Position numbers and translations under genes: made by a program
Shown: in pieces, positions 22,413-36,570 of the stretch
How positions within the stretch are numbered: the stretch's first letter is position 1
Layout: each line of letters starts with the position of its first letter
Notes under the pieces: model-generated
What the model saw: only the letters and a program-made list of their open reading frames with translations
Told to the model about the DNA's origin: nothing
Database searches by the model: none
Assembly (NCBI RefSeq): GCF_006345805.1
Contig: NW_021834847.1
Coordinates: 1-45,335 of the forward strand
Source: Octopus sinensis
Taxonomy: Eukaryota
Direction: 5' to 3'
Length of the DNA: 45,335 nucleotides

Positions 22413-23399
22413 ATGACTCTACAACGCATTCTGCTATTGTTTATTGCTATATTTCCACGACCCCTTTGCCATTTCCGTCAGGTAACCACGTGACTTTTTA
22501 TCACCAACGTCTCAAATGAATGAATTGTTGTCTTTTCGATTCGTCAGGAAAACTGGCTTTTTCTTTTCATTTCTTCTTTACTGTCACTGCCATAATAACA
22601 CTGTGCATTCGTTGTTCGATGATGCTTCTACTTTAGCCTTAAATAGTAAAGTAAATACCACGGTGTCAAAGGTCAAACAAAGATGAAAGTTGTTCGGATT
22701 CGGAAAGATGTTGATCATAGCTATATTAAGAGTGCTTATCAAATAAGCTACTTACAATGGCGGCCGGTTTGACACAAGCGCAAATGTTCAATTTGGAAAT
22801 AATGGTCAGACAGTTACCGTAGAAAATTCAATTTAAAATGTCCATAATACAAGAATTGTACAAAAAAAGGTTGCAGATCAAAGATAACTGTATTCAATGG
22901 AATGACGAAATGAATCGCCCATCACTCAGATAATTCTAACTGATGCCTTCCGAACGTTTAGAGCCAAACTGAAGTTTCACTAAAGTCGTACACAAATTTC
23001 GGATCTAATTGGCAATACTTTGTTCTCGTTATAACGATGTATGCTTGACCGCAACGACCCAGCTATGAATGTGCGGCTTCAACACTCTCTCACACTCTCG
23101 CTCGCTCAGACTCGCGTTCTATCACTTTCTCTTGTAACACACATACACAACACACACACACACATACACATATTCGTGCATAAACGTGAGGAAAGAAATA
23201 CATACTCGTGCAAATACGAAAACTTACGCATACAAGTGTATATACGGGCAAGTGCGTAGGCATAAGTGTACGCATATACGCATATGATAAATAAGCCACA
23301 GAGACACTCGTGTTTTACACCCAACCAAGAAATATGAGAAATAATATAAAATGTGTAAACACACATTCATATTGTAAACCCATATATCATTCAATGGTT

Positions 23400-23512
23400 C
23401 ATATATATATGATATGTATAACACACATATACATATACATATATGTATATATAAATTATATATGTATATATATATATGTATCTATATATATACATATATA
23501 TATATGTGTGTG

Positions 23513-23545
<33 letters not shown>

Positions 23546-23598
23546 GTAAATATATATATATATGTATATATATGTATATATATATATGCATATATATA

Positions 23599-23636
<38 letters not shown>

Positions 23637-23960
23637 GTGTATGTGCGTATAATATATATATATATATATATTATATATATACATATAGTATACACACACA
23701 CATATATATGTTCATATATGATCGCCCTTATATACATACACAAATAGACACAATTTTTTACGTACGTAGTTTGTAATATATGTATAAGCATACGTACGTA
23801 TATATTATATATAGGCATATATGTATGTGTGTGTAAATATACATATATATATATGTGTGTGTGTGTGTGAGTGTGTGAGTGTGTGAGTGTATGTATATAA
23901 TATAACCTAATATATATGTATATATATATATGTATATATATATTATATATAAAATATTAT
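23400..23960. repeat. Degenerate (TA)n/(TG)n tract
   Basis: Visible runs. Confidence 0.9.
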
Positions 23961-24221
23961 TTATGCACATATACATATTTAATGGCGTACATATACATAA
24001 TTTACAGGAATATACACACATAATACACGCAAGCAAACAATGAAACAGATTTATATGCATACGCACACATACGCACATATATATTGTAGACGTGGTTGAT
24101 GTATAAATTCACACAATTACACGAACACATACAAGCACAGACACATATTTATATATATAAACACTGTGAAATTCACCGAGAGCTGAAGTTACACATATAC
24201 ATACGCACATCCATACATAAT

Positions 24222-24257
<36 letters not shown>

Positions 24258-24773
24258 TGAAACACCCTTACAGACACCCACATACACAAACACGTATGTA
24301 TCCACATACATCGCACGTATTGTGAACTACATTCATAAAACCGCAGACACACGCAGATACGCAGTGTTTGATTTGTGTAAGAACAAGAGCTAATTGTACA
24401 ATTTATTGGCAATGAGTATGGAATGGGTCAAATACAGGTTAGAGTAATAGCCGAAGACTGGTTCTGAAGCGATGCTGCAAAAACCTTCTCTTCTAGTCAG
24501 AATAACAATGTGTGCCACGCCATTAAATCCGAGTCGTAAAACAATAAAGCGCTAATAAAATATCTCCTATTTTGGTGAATTTTGAAGTTTCAGCAAAAAT
24601 TAGAGGGAGAGGAAGATAAAGAAGACGAGGGTGTGTGAATGATGATATGAGAGGAAAAGAAGGTGTGTATGATATATATGTGTGTGTGTGTCTGTGTGTG
24701 TGTGAGTGTGTGTGTGTATTTACATATATATGAAAATATAAATAATACATGTATACACACACACCACACACAC

Positions 24774-24825
<52 letters not shown>

Positions 24826-24992
24826 ATATATAATGTATGTATATATATATATATATATATAATAAATAAATACGCATATATATTATATCTATATATATAT
24901 ATATATATAATATCATTCTCTCATTCGCTCGCTAATTTCCTTTAGAACTCTCTCTTCAGTTACTTTCCGTTTCTCTCTGTAACAGAGTTAAG

Positions 24993-25002
24993 TAGATAGA
25001 TG

Positions 25003-25092
<90 letters not shown>

Positions 25093-25100
25093 CAGATAGG
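24993..25100. repeat. (GATA)n microsatellite
   Basis: Visible run. Confidence 0.95.
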
Positions 25101-25604
25101 TAGGGAGAAACATAAAGAACTTCTGCCCAGATTATCGGCACACACTTCCTTACACACACCACACACACACAACATATATATATATACATGTGTTTATATG
25201 TATATATTTATGTACACACACACACATTATATATAATATATATATTATATATCTATATATATATATATATAATTATGCATATATTGATATATATATATAT
25301 ATGCATATATATATATATGCATATATTGATATATATATATAGATAAATTATGTGTGCGCGCATGTGAGTGTCTGTGTGTGTGTATCACCTGTAAGTAGAA
25401 ATATCAATAGGGATATGAAGGCTGTAAATATGTTGAATTTTTCTTAGCTTCTTTTAGCGTATATGTTTTTTATTTGTCATGTGTTTGACACATCGTACAC
25501 AGAGTACAACAATATTGTAATGCGTATCTCCTCTCGTTAGAAAGTATAAATAAACAATCCGATAATACGTACACGAGTGCAAATAATATATATATATATA
25601 TATA

Positions 25605-25642
<38 letters not shown>

Positions 25643-25744
25643 AAAACACATGCATCTAATTGTGTATGTGTACATATATGCGTGCCTTTGTGTGTGTACA
25701 TGAATGTTTATGTGCGTATACACATCTCTGCGTACGTATGTAAG

Positions 25745-25775
<31 letters not shown>

Positions 25776-25941
25776 CATATTGTGTATATATTTGTATATC
25801 CCTTGTTTATATTATAAAGTTAGGATATTTAAATCCCATTTCACAATGATATCCCGTTTACAGCCAATTATATTTATACACACACACACGCACACACACG
25901 CACGCACACACACATACACACACAAACACACACACACACAT

Positions 25942-25998
<57 letters not shown>

Positions 25999-27326
25999 CG
26001 GATTTATACATTAATATAGTGATTTATTCGTGTATGACAACATGTGTGTGTATACAAACAGAACAAGCTATTTGTTTTGTGAAGAGTAGACGTATAGAAA
26101 TTGAACGACGGACAGGGGATAAAAATAATATACTGTTAGGAATATTTTAAAAATAACTGTTGGTGAATATCACATGTTATGAAATAAAAACTGACAATAC
26201 ATACATACATACATATGTAATTGTGTGATGTCAGGCATGTGTGTGTCTGCTGTGTATGTGTGTTTGAGCGCGTGTGTATATAGATGTATATAAATATACA
26301 TATAAATATATATATATACATACATATGTATGTACGTATGTATCAATTACATACACATATGAGTATAGTGACACGAATGCTATGCGCTTATATGAATAGT
26401 ATCCTCACATTAAAATACACGGCGGAAATACAGGATGCTTGGGACTTTGAAGTTTCAGTATTAGTTGCACGCTTGCCTTCATATTTGCATCCTTTTGCGC
26501 GCTATGTCTAAAACCAGATGAATATGCGACTATGTGTCAAATGGTCAAATAAGTGCATCGTTAACTAAGCAAATCTCGATGTGCTGTTGGGCAATAATAT
26601 GCTGATGTGTTTGCGAATATTTCATTTTATATAATGCTGCTTCAGTCTGCTGGAGTATCAGTAAGCTAAAATCATTAGAACGTGTTGTTTATGAGTCTCC
26701 ATATTCTAGAACACGCTTATAAGTACACATATGTGTATATATAGATATGTGTATATGTGTGCGTGTCGAGCATGTAAAAGTTTGTATCCGAGTCTACACG
26801 TATGTATATATATATACGTGTGTGTGTTCTAGGTATGTGTAGGTATGTATGTGTATTGAAACACACAGAAGTCACTCGCGAGCGAATATCATCTGTGATA
26901 TGGTTTATTATTCTGATTTCTTACCTTGCACATAGAGTATCTCTCTACTTTGAAAGGCTCAGCACTACTCTTCAGAGGAGAGGTGCTCGAGGACAGGGAT
27001 CGTAGTCATTTTCTAATAATTAAAGTATATCAATGATGCAAGGACGGTGCTGCCTGCTCTAGCAATCGAAATTAAGACCTTAGGATCATGAACATAATAC
27101 CTAGCAACGCGGTCACGCTATCTTACTCACATATATTCATGAAAACTCACAGCACACTAAATACTAATTATACGGTTTTTAAAAGCCTCAAGAGCCGCAC
27201 ACATTATATTCATTATATCAGGTAATTCGTTACTTGAAGTTTTTCCCGATTCTGGCTTTGCAGAAATTACTTGAGATTCCTTTATAAACAAAACTTTGAA
27301 ACAGGCATTCGCAATTGATCAATTGC

Positions 27327-27369
<43 letters not shown>

Positions 27370-27538
27370 CATACATACATACTTACATACATACATACAT
27401 TCATACATACATACACATATCTACACATTTATATTTATATGGTATATATCTACGTTTGTGTGTGTGTATATATTTGTGCGAGTATATGTATGTGTCTGTA
27501 TACTAATGTATATATGTATGCAAGTGAATGTATGTATA

Positions 27539-27590
<52 letters not shown>

Positions 27591-27955
27591 GTGTGTGTGT
27601 GTGTGTGTGTGTGTTTATTACATGCCACACACGAACACATAATTTGCATGCCCTCACACACACAAACACACTACGCCAACATTACTTTTCGTGTTTGCAG
27701 TGTCATCCTATTGAACCGTATTCACTCATGCACGTTGTCACGCGTGGTTACGCACATCAATACTTAATTAGACATAGACGCGCACACACACACACATATA
27801 CACGCATGCACACGCTCTGTCTCACATCCACCTTCATACACACATACACACCTACACAAAAATATCACAAACCACACACATACACATCGCTTTTACTCAA
27901 ACAAAACAGAATGCATACGTAATACTCAAAAGAAGTAAGCTTCCATTTTTATGTC

Positions 27956-28005
<50 letters not shown>

Positions 28006-28195
28006 CGTGATTTTTTTTGTTTGTTTGTTAGTTTTTTGGGGGTTTTTTTGCGAATACCCTCACTCATACGCTTGTTTATTTCTTTGATTAAATTTTCTAA
28101 TTTGATTAACCAATAAAACAAAAATACAAATAAACAAACGTCACAATACTATAATGAAATAGCGCTAAGGCACTTGGCAGAAACTGAAATTGATA

Positions 28196-28198
<3 letters not shown>

Positions 28199-28264
<66 letters not shown>

Positions 28265-28275
28265 GTTGCTGTTGC

Positions 28276-28306
<31 letters not shown>

Positions 28307-28961
28307 ATTATCATTATTATTATCATATTATTATTATTATTATCATTATTATTATTATATTATTATTATTATCATTATTATTATTATTATATTATTATTA
28401 TTATTATTATTATATTATTATCATTATTATTATTATTACTATTATTATTATTATTATCATTATCCTCATCATCATCATCATCATCATTATTATTATTATT
28501 ATCATCATCAACATTAGAGTTATTATTATTGTTGTTGTTAGTATTATTATTATTACTATTATGATTATTATTATTATTGTCATTATCATCATCACCAACA
28601 ACATCGTCGGCATCATCATTATCATCATAATCATCATCACCATCATCATCACCATCATCACCATCATCACCACCGCCATCGTCATCACCATCATCGTCAT
28701 CATCATCATCATCATTATTACTATTATTATTGATGTTGTTTTTATTGATGCTTCTGTTTGCGCTGTTTTCCTTTTATTGTGGTTTGTATGTTTATTGATA
28801 AATTGTGGTTGTTATTCTTTTTCTTTTTCTTTGGCATTTATGCTTATGTTGTTAATATTATTTTCCTTATTGAATTTAATACCAACGAGAAAAAAACAAA
28901 CAAACGAAATACCATCAACCTCTTGCCAGTTCGAATCTTCGTTGTCATCATCATGATAATC

Positions 28962-29008
<47 letters not shown>

Positions 29009-29108
29009 CATCATCACCATCATCATCATCGTCATCCTCACCATCATCACCATCATTATCATCATCATCATCGTCATCATCATCATCGTCGTCGTCATCA
29101 TCATCATC

Positions 29109-29201
<93 letters not shown>

Positions 29202-29560
29202 CCATCACTATTGACATCGTCATCGTCGACTTCCCCTCATCCTCAGACATTTTCGTCGTCTTTAACATCCTCAGTCCTTAGTCGTCGTCGTTGTCGTCGT
29301 CACCAACGGCGACGGCGACGGCGGCGGCGCTGTCATCGTCTCAGTTATTTTCATCGTTATACACCTCTCCCTCCTTCTCCTCATTCCCGTTTCTTATTAT
29401 CATCATCGCTATTGTCGTCGTCAACCCCCAGCATTGCTCTCCTTTACTCAAACTCCTCATGCTCATACCCCACGTTACTCTTTCACCATATCATCATCAT
29501 CATCATAATCATCATCATCATCCTCCTCCTCATCATCATCAGTATAAGCGTCGTCATCAT
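28199..29560. repeat. Long trinucleotide mosaic (TTA/GTT/CAT/CAC/GTC)
   Basis: Visible runs; source of the homopolymer ORFs, including the 308-aa ORF at 28758-29684. Confidence 0.9.
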
Positions 29561-29892
29561 ATTCGTACACACTGCGACCATAATCATCACACCACCACCA
29601 TTAATATTCTTTATTTATTGGTTGTTGCTGTTGCTGTTTTTGTTATTGTTATTGCTAATAACGATGAAAAAGGAACAACAATAAATGAAACGTATAAAAC
29701 TATAAGTAAAAAAATGAATAAATAAAATAACAAATGTCGTAGACATGTAGATTTAATTTCCTACGAGGAGAATCATTTCCCTAACTGCCTCCATACAATA
29801 ACGCCTTTATATTTTGTCTCGCTTAAAACATGCATGAACATATACAATCGGGTACACTCATATATGTGCGTCTGACTGTTTGTATGTGCATA

Positions 29893-29935
<43 letters not shown>

Positions 29936-30611
29936 GTCTGTGTGTGTGTGTATAGATAGATAGATAGATACATACATACATATATGTATTTGTCTAACTA
30001 CCTCTATCTATCTATCTATATCTGTATGTATATATATACATATAATTATAATTTAGGGTATCTAAGAGATACCACCACGCTGGAAATAGTGTGTGTGTGT
30101 TTGTGTTTGTGTGTGTGTGTGTGTGTTTATAGGTGTGAGTGTAAGAGGAGTGATCGACTCATCCGTATTCTTCTAATCTAAAGACTATATTTCTTCGTTA
30201 CCATCCGAGATACAATCTGAGGTATCTCATAGTTGATTGATGAATTCTGTATCAAATTCGATGATGAAAATTTAGTCGATTCATCAAGTGAATTAATTAA
30301 ATCTACTTTAAATAACATAAAATTTGCCGACTATACCATAGATATAGCTAGTCTGAAACATTTACTCTCAGTCTCAGTCAACGTCAAAGGATAATTGACG
30401 ATTATTCACCCTAAACAACGGATTTCCCACGTACATTCTCAATTCTCTCCAAGGAGACTTGAATCGGCCCGGCATTTTCCCAAATGGAATTACATCCACG
30501 CAACGGAAACTCACCAAGGACCTCTTGATTCCGATATAAAATTCTATTCTTAATCCTCAGCTATGCCCAGGTCAACTTCATGGATATACCATAGATACAC
30601 AAATAGAGAGA

Positions 30612-30800
30612 TTGATTTCAAATTTTGTCACGAGGCCAATAATTTTGGAAAAAGATGTAAGTGGGTAGTATCGATTGAGGTGCTTAACTAGTAGCTATTT
30701 TATTGCCCCCGAAGGGAAGTCGGGCAAGGTCGACGTCCGGCAGAGTTTGAATTCATAATATAAAGACGGACGAAATATCACGCATAGAAACATTAACTCA
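30612..30800 (-). mobile_element. Family A SINE, degenerate
   Basis: TTTCAAATTTTGTCACGAGGCC..TTTTATTGCCCCCGAAGG..GGTCGAC..TTTGAATTCA..GACGAAAT. Confidence 0.65.
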
Positions 30801-31199
30801 CACTTGATTGAGGCTAGACATATATGCGTGTGTGTGTGTCTTTCTTTATGTTTGTTTTTGTGAATATATGTGTGTGTGCATATATACATATGTATGTGTG
30901 CGTGTAGTTACATATCTATCCATCTATCTATCTAATCTATCTATCTATATGTATATATATATAACGCTTAGTCGCGTTAACAAAGGGACGTGAGCTCGAC
31001 TTCCACGCAGATAGGAAAGCCTTCTTTGTTTTATCGAGGGCTTATATCCCCTTTGTTAGACTATTTTCTTTCGTCATTGCATGGTGATAGCTTTAAGCTT
31101 ATATAAAAATACCATTGTTATTATTCACAGGATCGTAAAAACGGCGCCGTATAAAAATCATTCGCACTGACAGCAGATATATAATAATGATAAGAATAG

Positions 31200-31495
31200 G
31201 GGACTCTCCCGTCGTTAGACGACGGATGAGGCTTCGACAATTTCCTACCGAACCGCCACACAGGATTTCTTTATAGTGATCAAATGTTTGTGTAGACATA
31301 AGCTCACTGCTTCCATGAAATCGACTTTACCTGTACAGGTGCAACTGGGTGCCACATGTCAGATATCGAAATGATTGCAGAGCAACATGATATGAAGTGC
31401 TTTGCTCAAGAACATAACGCAACGCCTTGTGTGGAAATCGAAACTACGATCTCGCAATCGTGTGTGGAACACCGTAACCACTGAGCCATGCGCCG
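31200..31495 (-). mobile_element. tRNA-derived SINE, family D head with a distinct tail
   Basis: Minus head GGCGCATGGCTCAGTGGTTACGG..GTAGTTTCGATTTCC; body TTCTTGAGCAAAGCACTTCATATCATGTTGCTCTG. Confidence 0.75.
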
Positions 31496-31603
31496 TCATA
31501 TATATATAAAGGAGCAGCAAAGAAAAATAGAGGGAAGAAATAAAAAGTAAGAAAGAACGAGAAAAGAAAGGAAGAAAAAGACAGACATACAGACAAGGAG
31601 ATG

Positions 31604-31667
<64 letters not shown>

Positions 31668-31668
31668 T

Positions 31669-31852
31669 GTTTCTTTATTAGCCACACAGGTTTGAACACT
31701 AAAGTGGGGTTAGATTTTCGATCAAAAGGGATCGTAAAAAAAGACGATCAATAGGGATCGTGTATCACAGAAATGTCATGATGTAAAGTATAAAGATGGG
31801 GGGGGGGGGCAGATAAGGTTTTTTCCGTGGAAAGAAAAGCCTACGGAAAAGG
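31669..31852 (-). mobile_element. Probable retroelement 3' end inserted in a (GA)n/(GATA)n tract
   Basis: Unique 180-bp insert ending (minus) TGTGTGGCTAATAAAGAAAC; internal hairpin TTTTCCGTGG..CTACGGAAAA (31821-31850). Confidence 0.4.
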
Positions 31853-31894
31853 ACAGATAGATAGGTAGATAGATAGATAGAATACATACATAGA

Positions 31895-31925
<31 letters not shown>

Positions 31926-32216
31926 CTTAGAAAGGAAGGACGAAAGAGGTAAATTTTAGATATTTAGCATTAAATTGACCGCTCCTCGTTGAAATTTTTC
32001 GTCGTTATATGGTTCCCTCCAAATATCTCCCAATGACTTCTAGTATAGAATCGTCTCTGTATGATTTCGAATCTCATATTTCACTATCAATGAATATTTC
32101 AGTCTTTATGAATACACGTCAATGAATCTCATTCTTCTAAACATGGTGGTGCATGTTTCACCTATAGAAAATCATTATCCTATTATCCTATTTCTGACAA
32201 CGTGCTTTATAAACGA

Positions 32217-32602
32217 CTAGCAGTATCGCCCAGCGTTGCTCGGGTTTGTAAGGGAAATAACTATAAAGCATTTTTAGAGAGTTATAGCCAAAAAATAGCA
32301 AAAAAATGGAAAAAAAATTATGGTAAATTTTTTTTGAGAGTAAAAAAAAGTTTGAGTTGCGTCCCCTAGACAGTCTGTGGTTTATTTTTTTTGATTCTCG
32401 ACCCCATGTCGAATTTATCGATTTTTTTCAGAACTGGGGGAACTTTTCAAAATTTTCGCTGCGTTAGTTTTGAATTATGACATTGGGCTATGTGTGTGTC
32501 AAGTTTCATCAGAATCGGTTGAAAGCCGTGGTCAGGGTGAGGGTACGAGAAAACAGACACACAGAAAACGCACAGACAAACTGCCGTTTATATAGAGAGA
32601 GA
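32217..32602 (-). mobile_element. Non-autonomous Helitron, apparently complete
   Basis: Minus strand A|TC(TCTCTCTATATAAACGG)...CCCGAGCAACGCTGGG hairpin...CTAG|T: 5' TC, 3' CTAG, subterminal hairpin 32229-32244, AT target, no TSD. Confidence 0.85.
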
Positions 32603-32729
32603 TTTTCGTAGTGTGTCATAACTTGTTTCCATCGCATATACAGTTTACCTTTGCATATCCGGTTTCGAATTTCATCGCAGTCATTCACAAATAAACCTGT
32701 TGTTTTTTATTAGAAAAGTTTATTGTAAT

Positions 32730-33397
32730 ATCCTTTCTATAATAGGCACGAGGCCTGAAATTTTAGGTGTTAGAACTAATTGATTATTAATTGACAGAAC
32801 TAATTGATTAGGCGGCGAGCTGGCAGAAACGTTAGCACGCCCGACGAAATGCTTATCGGTATTTCGTCTGCCGTTACGTTCTGAGCTCAAATTCGCCGAG
32901 GTCGACTTTACCTTTCATCCTTTCGGGGGTCGATCAAATAAGTACCAGTTATGCACTGGAGTCGATATAATCGACTTAATCTGTTTGTCTGTCCTTGTTT
33001 GTCCTCTCTGTATTTAGCCCCTTGTGGGTAGTAAAGAAATAGGTATTTCGTCTGCCGTTACGTTCTGACTTCAAATTCCGCCGAGGTCGACTTTGCCTTT
33101 CATCCTTTCGGGGTCGATAAATTAAATACCATTTACGCACTGGGGTAGATCTAATCGACTTAATCCCTTTGTCTGTCCTTGTTTGTCCCCTCTGTGTTTA
33201 GCCCCTTCTGGGCAGTAAAGAAAAAGGAGCTAATTGATTATATCACACTCAGTGCACAACTGGTACTTATCTCATCAGTCACGGTATGTTGAAAGGCGAA
33301 TTCACCTTCGGCGGTATTTAAACTAAAAGCATGAAGACGGGCGAAATGCCGCAAAGCATTTTCTCCCGCATTTAACAAATCTGCCACCTCACGACTT
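32730..33397 (-). mobile_element. Older family A SINE interrupted by the dimeric SINE
   Basis: Tail TCCTTTCTATAATAGGCACGAGGCC before the insert; core and head CTGGTACTTA..GAAAGGCG..GGCGAAATGCCG..CTGCCA after it. Confidence 0.7.
32811..33226 (+). mobile_element. Dimeric family A SINE with 14-bp TSD
   Basis: Head GGCGGCGAGCTGGCAGAAACGTTAG; ~184-bp unit repeated (32858-33041, 33042-33224). TSD GAACTAATTGATTA (32797-32810) / GAGCTAATTGATTA (33227-33240). Confidence 0.9.
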
Positions 33398-33682
33398 CGA
33401 ACCTTTTTTGTAATATCGGTTTCACATTTCGGCACAAGGCCGAAATTTCTAGGGAGAAAGTAATTCGATCACCTTATGAATTATTTATAATATATTCATA
33501 TTAGTCTATTAGTGTACCAGATCTCCATTTTGTAAAACTGCAATTTTTTCGCGAACCCGTTCATCACTTAGTATCATTTTATTTGTTATAGTACCATAAT
33601 TATAAACCATAACTACCATATGAAGATAGCTACTCATGTTTCTTGCTCAATACATCGTGATAGGCATAACTTTTTGTTGCAG

Positions 33683-33765
33683 TCTTTGGGATATATCACC
33701 TATGGACGAGTTGTTTCTAAAAGGATAAAAGATTTCCGATTTATTTTTAGCCTAAAGCTTTCCAG
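33683..33765 (+). other. Candidate internal exon (83 nt)
   Basis: Acceptor CTTTTTGTTGCAG|, donor CAG|GTGAGA, one open frame SLGYITYGRVVSKRIKDFRFIFSLKLS. No homology recognised. Confidence 0.2.
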
Positions 33766-33837
33766 GTGAGAAATGAAGGTCTCGATTGAAGTACATTCTC
33801 AATTCTGTCATTGTATACGATGTATATATATATATAT

Positions 33838-34232
33838 ACCATTCCTCTACTGCTTGCTACTACTAGCCATCGTCCACCATACACACACATACACACACAC
33901 GCACACACTCACACACACACCCTTGTCATCTCGCACACCCTTTTTTACCATTCCTTCTCTGATTCAGCTCTTTTGTTTTTAAAAAACACTTTTCCTTCCT
34001 TTTGACCATTTCCATCCTTTTAGTATGTGACCTCGTGTAGACTACCTGCTATTTTTTTTTTCTTCTGTCCTCCCGTCTTGGGATGTTTCTTTCTCCTATG
34101 TTTCCGACGAAGAGCTCCGCTCGAAACGTCAAAACCTCCTTCTTCCCTTCTTTCCTGAGCGTCCAATAATACTTTATTTGTTCCACATCCTTGCGTTGTT
34201 GTTTTTTGTTTTCTTGTTTGGATTAACTTTAT
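33838..34232 (+). mobile_element. Penelope-like 3' region/pseudo-LTR with hammerhead-like motif (34100-34134)
   Basis: CCGACGA-AGAGC-TCC-GCTC-GAAACGTC; homologous to 15200-15390; bounded by (TA)n. Confidence 0.65.
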
Positions 34233-34246
34233 ATATATATATAATA

Positions 34247-34298
<52 letters not shown>

Positions 34299-35115
34299 CT
34301 TCCATTTCATCTAATCGTATCAATCAGAAGGGGTAGAAAATCTTCCCAACAGAGAGAGAGGAGAGGATTAGATGCATTTCTGCCACATTGCACGTCATCA
34401 ATAACATAAACACAACTAGCGTGCTTAGATGAAGTACGACACCACAGATATATACAAAAAACATTGGATAAACAATCACCTATGTTGCAAATAGATGTCT
34501 GGCTCGGTTATATGAAATAGAAACAGTAGTAGATTAAAATAGCTATGTATATATCATACTTACTGAAAAAAAACATCATGATAGGCTAGTACAATATCCA
34601 TTCGGATGTAGTATCTACCATAGATGCACTTGTTGCATATATTGGATATAATCTAATACTGCTTTTATCTTATATAACGTACCATATTAATATCAAAGAA
34701 ATTTTAGTGAAAATATTTGATATCATATTTTTATACACCGGTTCTAAATAGAAGGATACTGTCCCATTGTATTTATTCTGTGACCATATCCTTATAGCAT
34801 GGGGACAATTTGATGTCATAATCTGATCTGATAAGGTAAGTCGAGGATCAATGGAGCAGAAGTTAAATATCGTATCCGGTTATTAATGGAAGCCTGACAT
34901 TGTCTTATTAGAAGAATAGATTATAAGATTAACGGATTTAAAACACATGCGAAAACTAATAGTCAACTATACATATTTTTTACATGAGTACAAACACTCG
35001 CACGTGCACTGCACATACAGCTACACATACATGCATACATACTTACATATAAATATACACACACCTACATACATACACACATTTACATGGGTTCTTACAC
35101 ACACATATACGTACC

Positions 35116-35215
<100 letters not shown>

Positions 35216-35551
35216 TATATATATGTGTATGGTTGGGGGTACAGTATAACTAATAAAAAAACAAGTGTAGAACGATATACAGGTAAGTACATGACGTTTG
35301 CGAATTCCAAAAGTTTATTTCTTTGGACAAACATAACTAATACTTCTCACCTGTTTCGCTTGAAGCAACAAACACCTGCAAGATTTGTAACTCTCCGAAA
35401 CAACTACAGCTTACAACCAATCATATGTTTCTTTTGCTCTAAAAACTGGATAATTATTTAACGATCTTTCAACGCCGCTAGCTATATTCAAAATTTTGGC
35501 AAGCCAATTATTGACCAGACTTAGGACTATACTTCTAATTATCTTCCGCAC

Positions 35552-35595
35552 TATATATATATATATATATATATATATCCAAATATATATATGTT

Positions 35596-35687
<92 letters not shown>

Positions 35688-35910
35688 ATATGTATATATA
35701 TATATATATTATATATATATATATAGTTATAGATATATAGATATATGTATGTACGTATGTATATGTGTGTGTGTTTGTGTACGTGTATATATATATATAT
35801 ATATATATATTATATGAATGTATGTATGTGTGTGTTTGTGTACGTGTTGATGTGTATGTGTGCTCGTGTGCGTGAGTGTGTATGCGTGTGTATGCACGCG
35901 TGTGTGTGTA
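35552..35910. repeat. (TA)n/(TG)n tract
   Basis: Visible runs. Confidence 0.95.
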
Positions 35911-35997
35911 TAGTATATTTTTGCTAGCTTGTTTTGTACATGTAGGCTAAGGCTGACAGCGAGAATAGATCAATAAAGCAAGTACATATCAAAAAAT

Positions 35998-36530
35998 AGG
36001 TTTCTAATTTCGGAAGTAAGACCAGAAACAAGGACGAAATCAATTAAATGGACCCCGGTGTTGCACTGGTGTTTATTTTATCGACCCCTAAATGATGAAA
36101 GGCAAAGTTGAACTCGCCGGATTTTGAGTTCTGAACGTAAACACAAACGAAATGCTGCTATGAATTTTGCCCGCCTTGAGAACTATTCCGCTCGCTCACC
36201 GCCTTCATGTATTTAAAAATATTGATTTTGAATTTGGCACAAGGCCAATAATTTGGGAGGAGAGTGTAAATCGATAACATCACCCCCATTGCGAAACTGG
36301 TATGTATTTCATCGACCCGGATAGAATGTAAGGCAAAGTTGACCTCAACGGAATTTGAACTCAGAACGTAAAGTATTTTGCCGAGCGTTTGTATTCAAAT
36401 CTTGGTACAAGGCCAGCAATATTGGATGGGAGGGTTAGTCGATTGTATCGATCCCGAAAGGTAAAGCCAATCTCGGCAGAATTTGAACTCAGAACGGTAA
36501 GACGGATGGAATGCCGATTTGCCCTACGTG
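35998..36530 (-). mobile_element. Three head-to-tail family A SINEs (~35998-36205, 36221-36388, 36390-36530)
   Basis: Repeated TTGGCACAAGGCC, ATCGACCC..GGCAAAGTTGA and ATTTGAACTCAGAACG motifs. Confidence 0.8.
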
Positions 36531-36570
36531 TGAATATAGAAATATTAATATGCATATGTAAATATATAAG

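Noticed and set aside
22104-22493. 129-aa complex-looking ORF
   Set aside because: Overlaps an antisense tRNA-SINE head remnant; no recognisable motif and no supporting splice or homology evidence.
28758-29684. Longest ORF (308 aa) and similar I/L/S/M/H homopolymer ORFs (12111, 16423, 39132, 40177, 42404)
   Set aside because: Translations of trinucleotide or GA-rich repeats that lack stops by composition; no domain signal.
30236-30575. Protein-like reads DEFCIKFDDENL.. and PTYILNSL..LNPQLCPG, faintly like Helitron Pif1 helicase
   Set aside because: Motif spacing is wrong and stops intervene; needs a translated HMM search to revisit.
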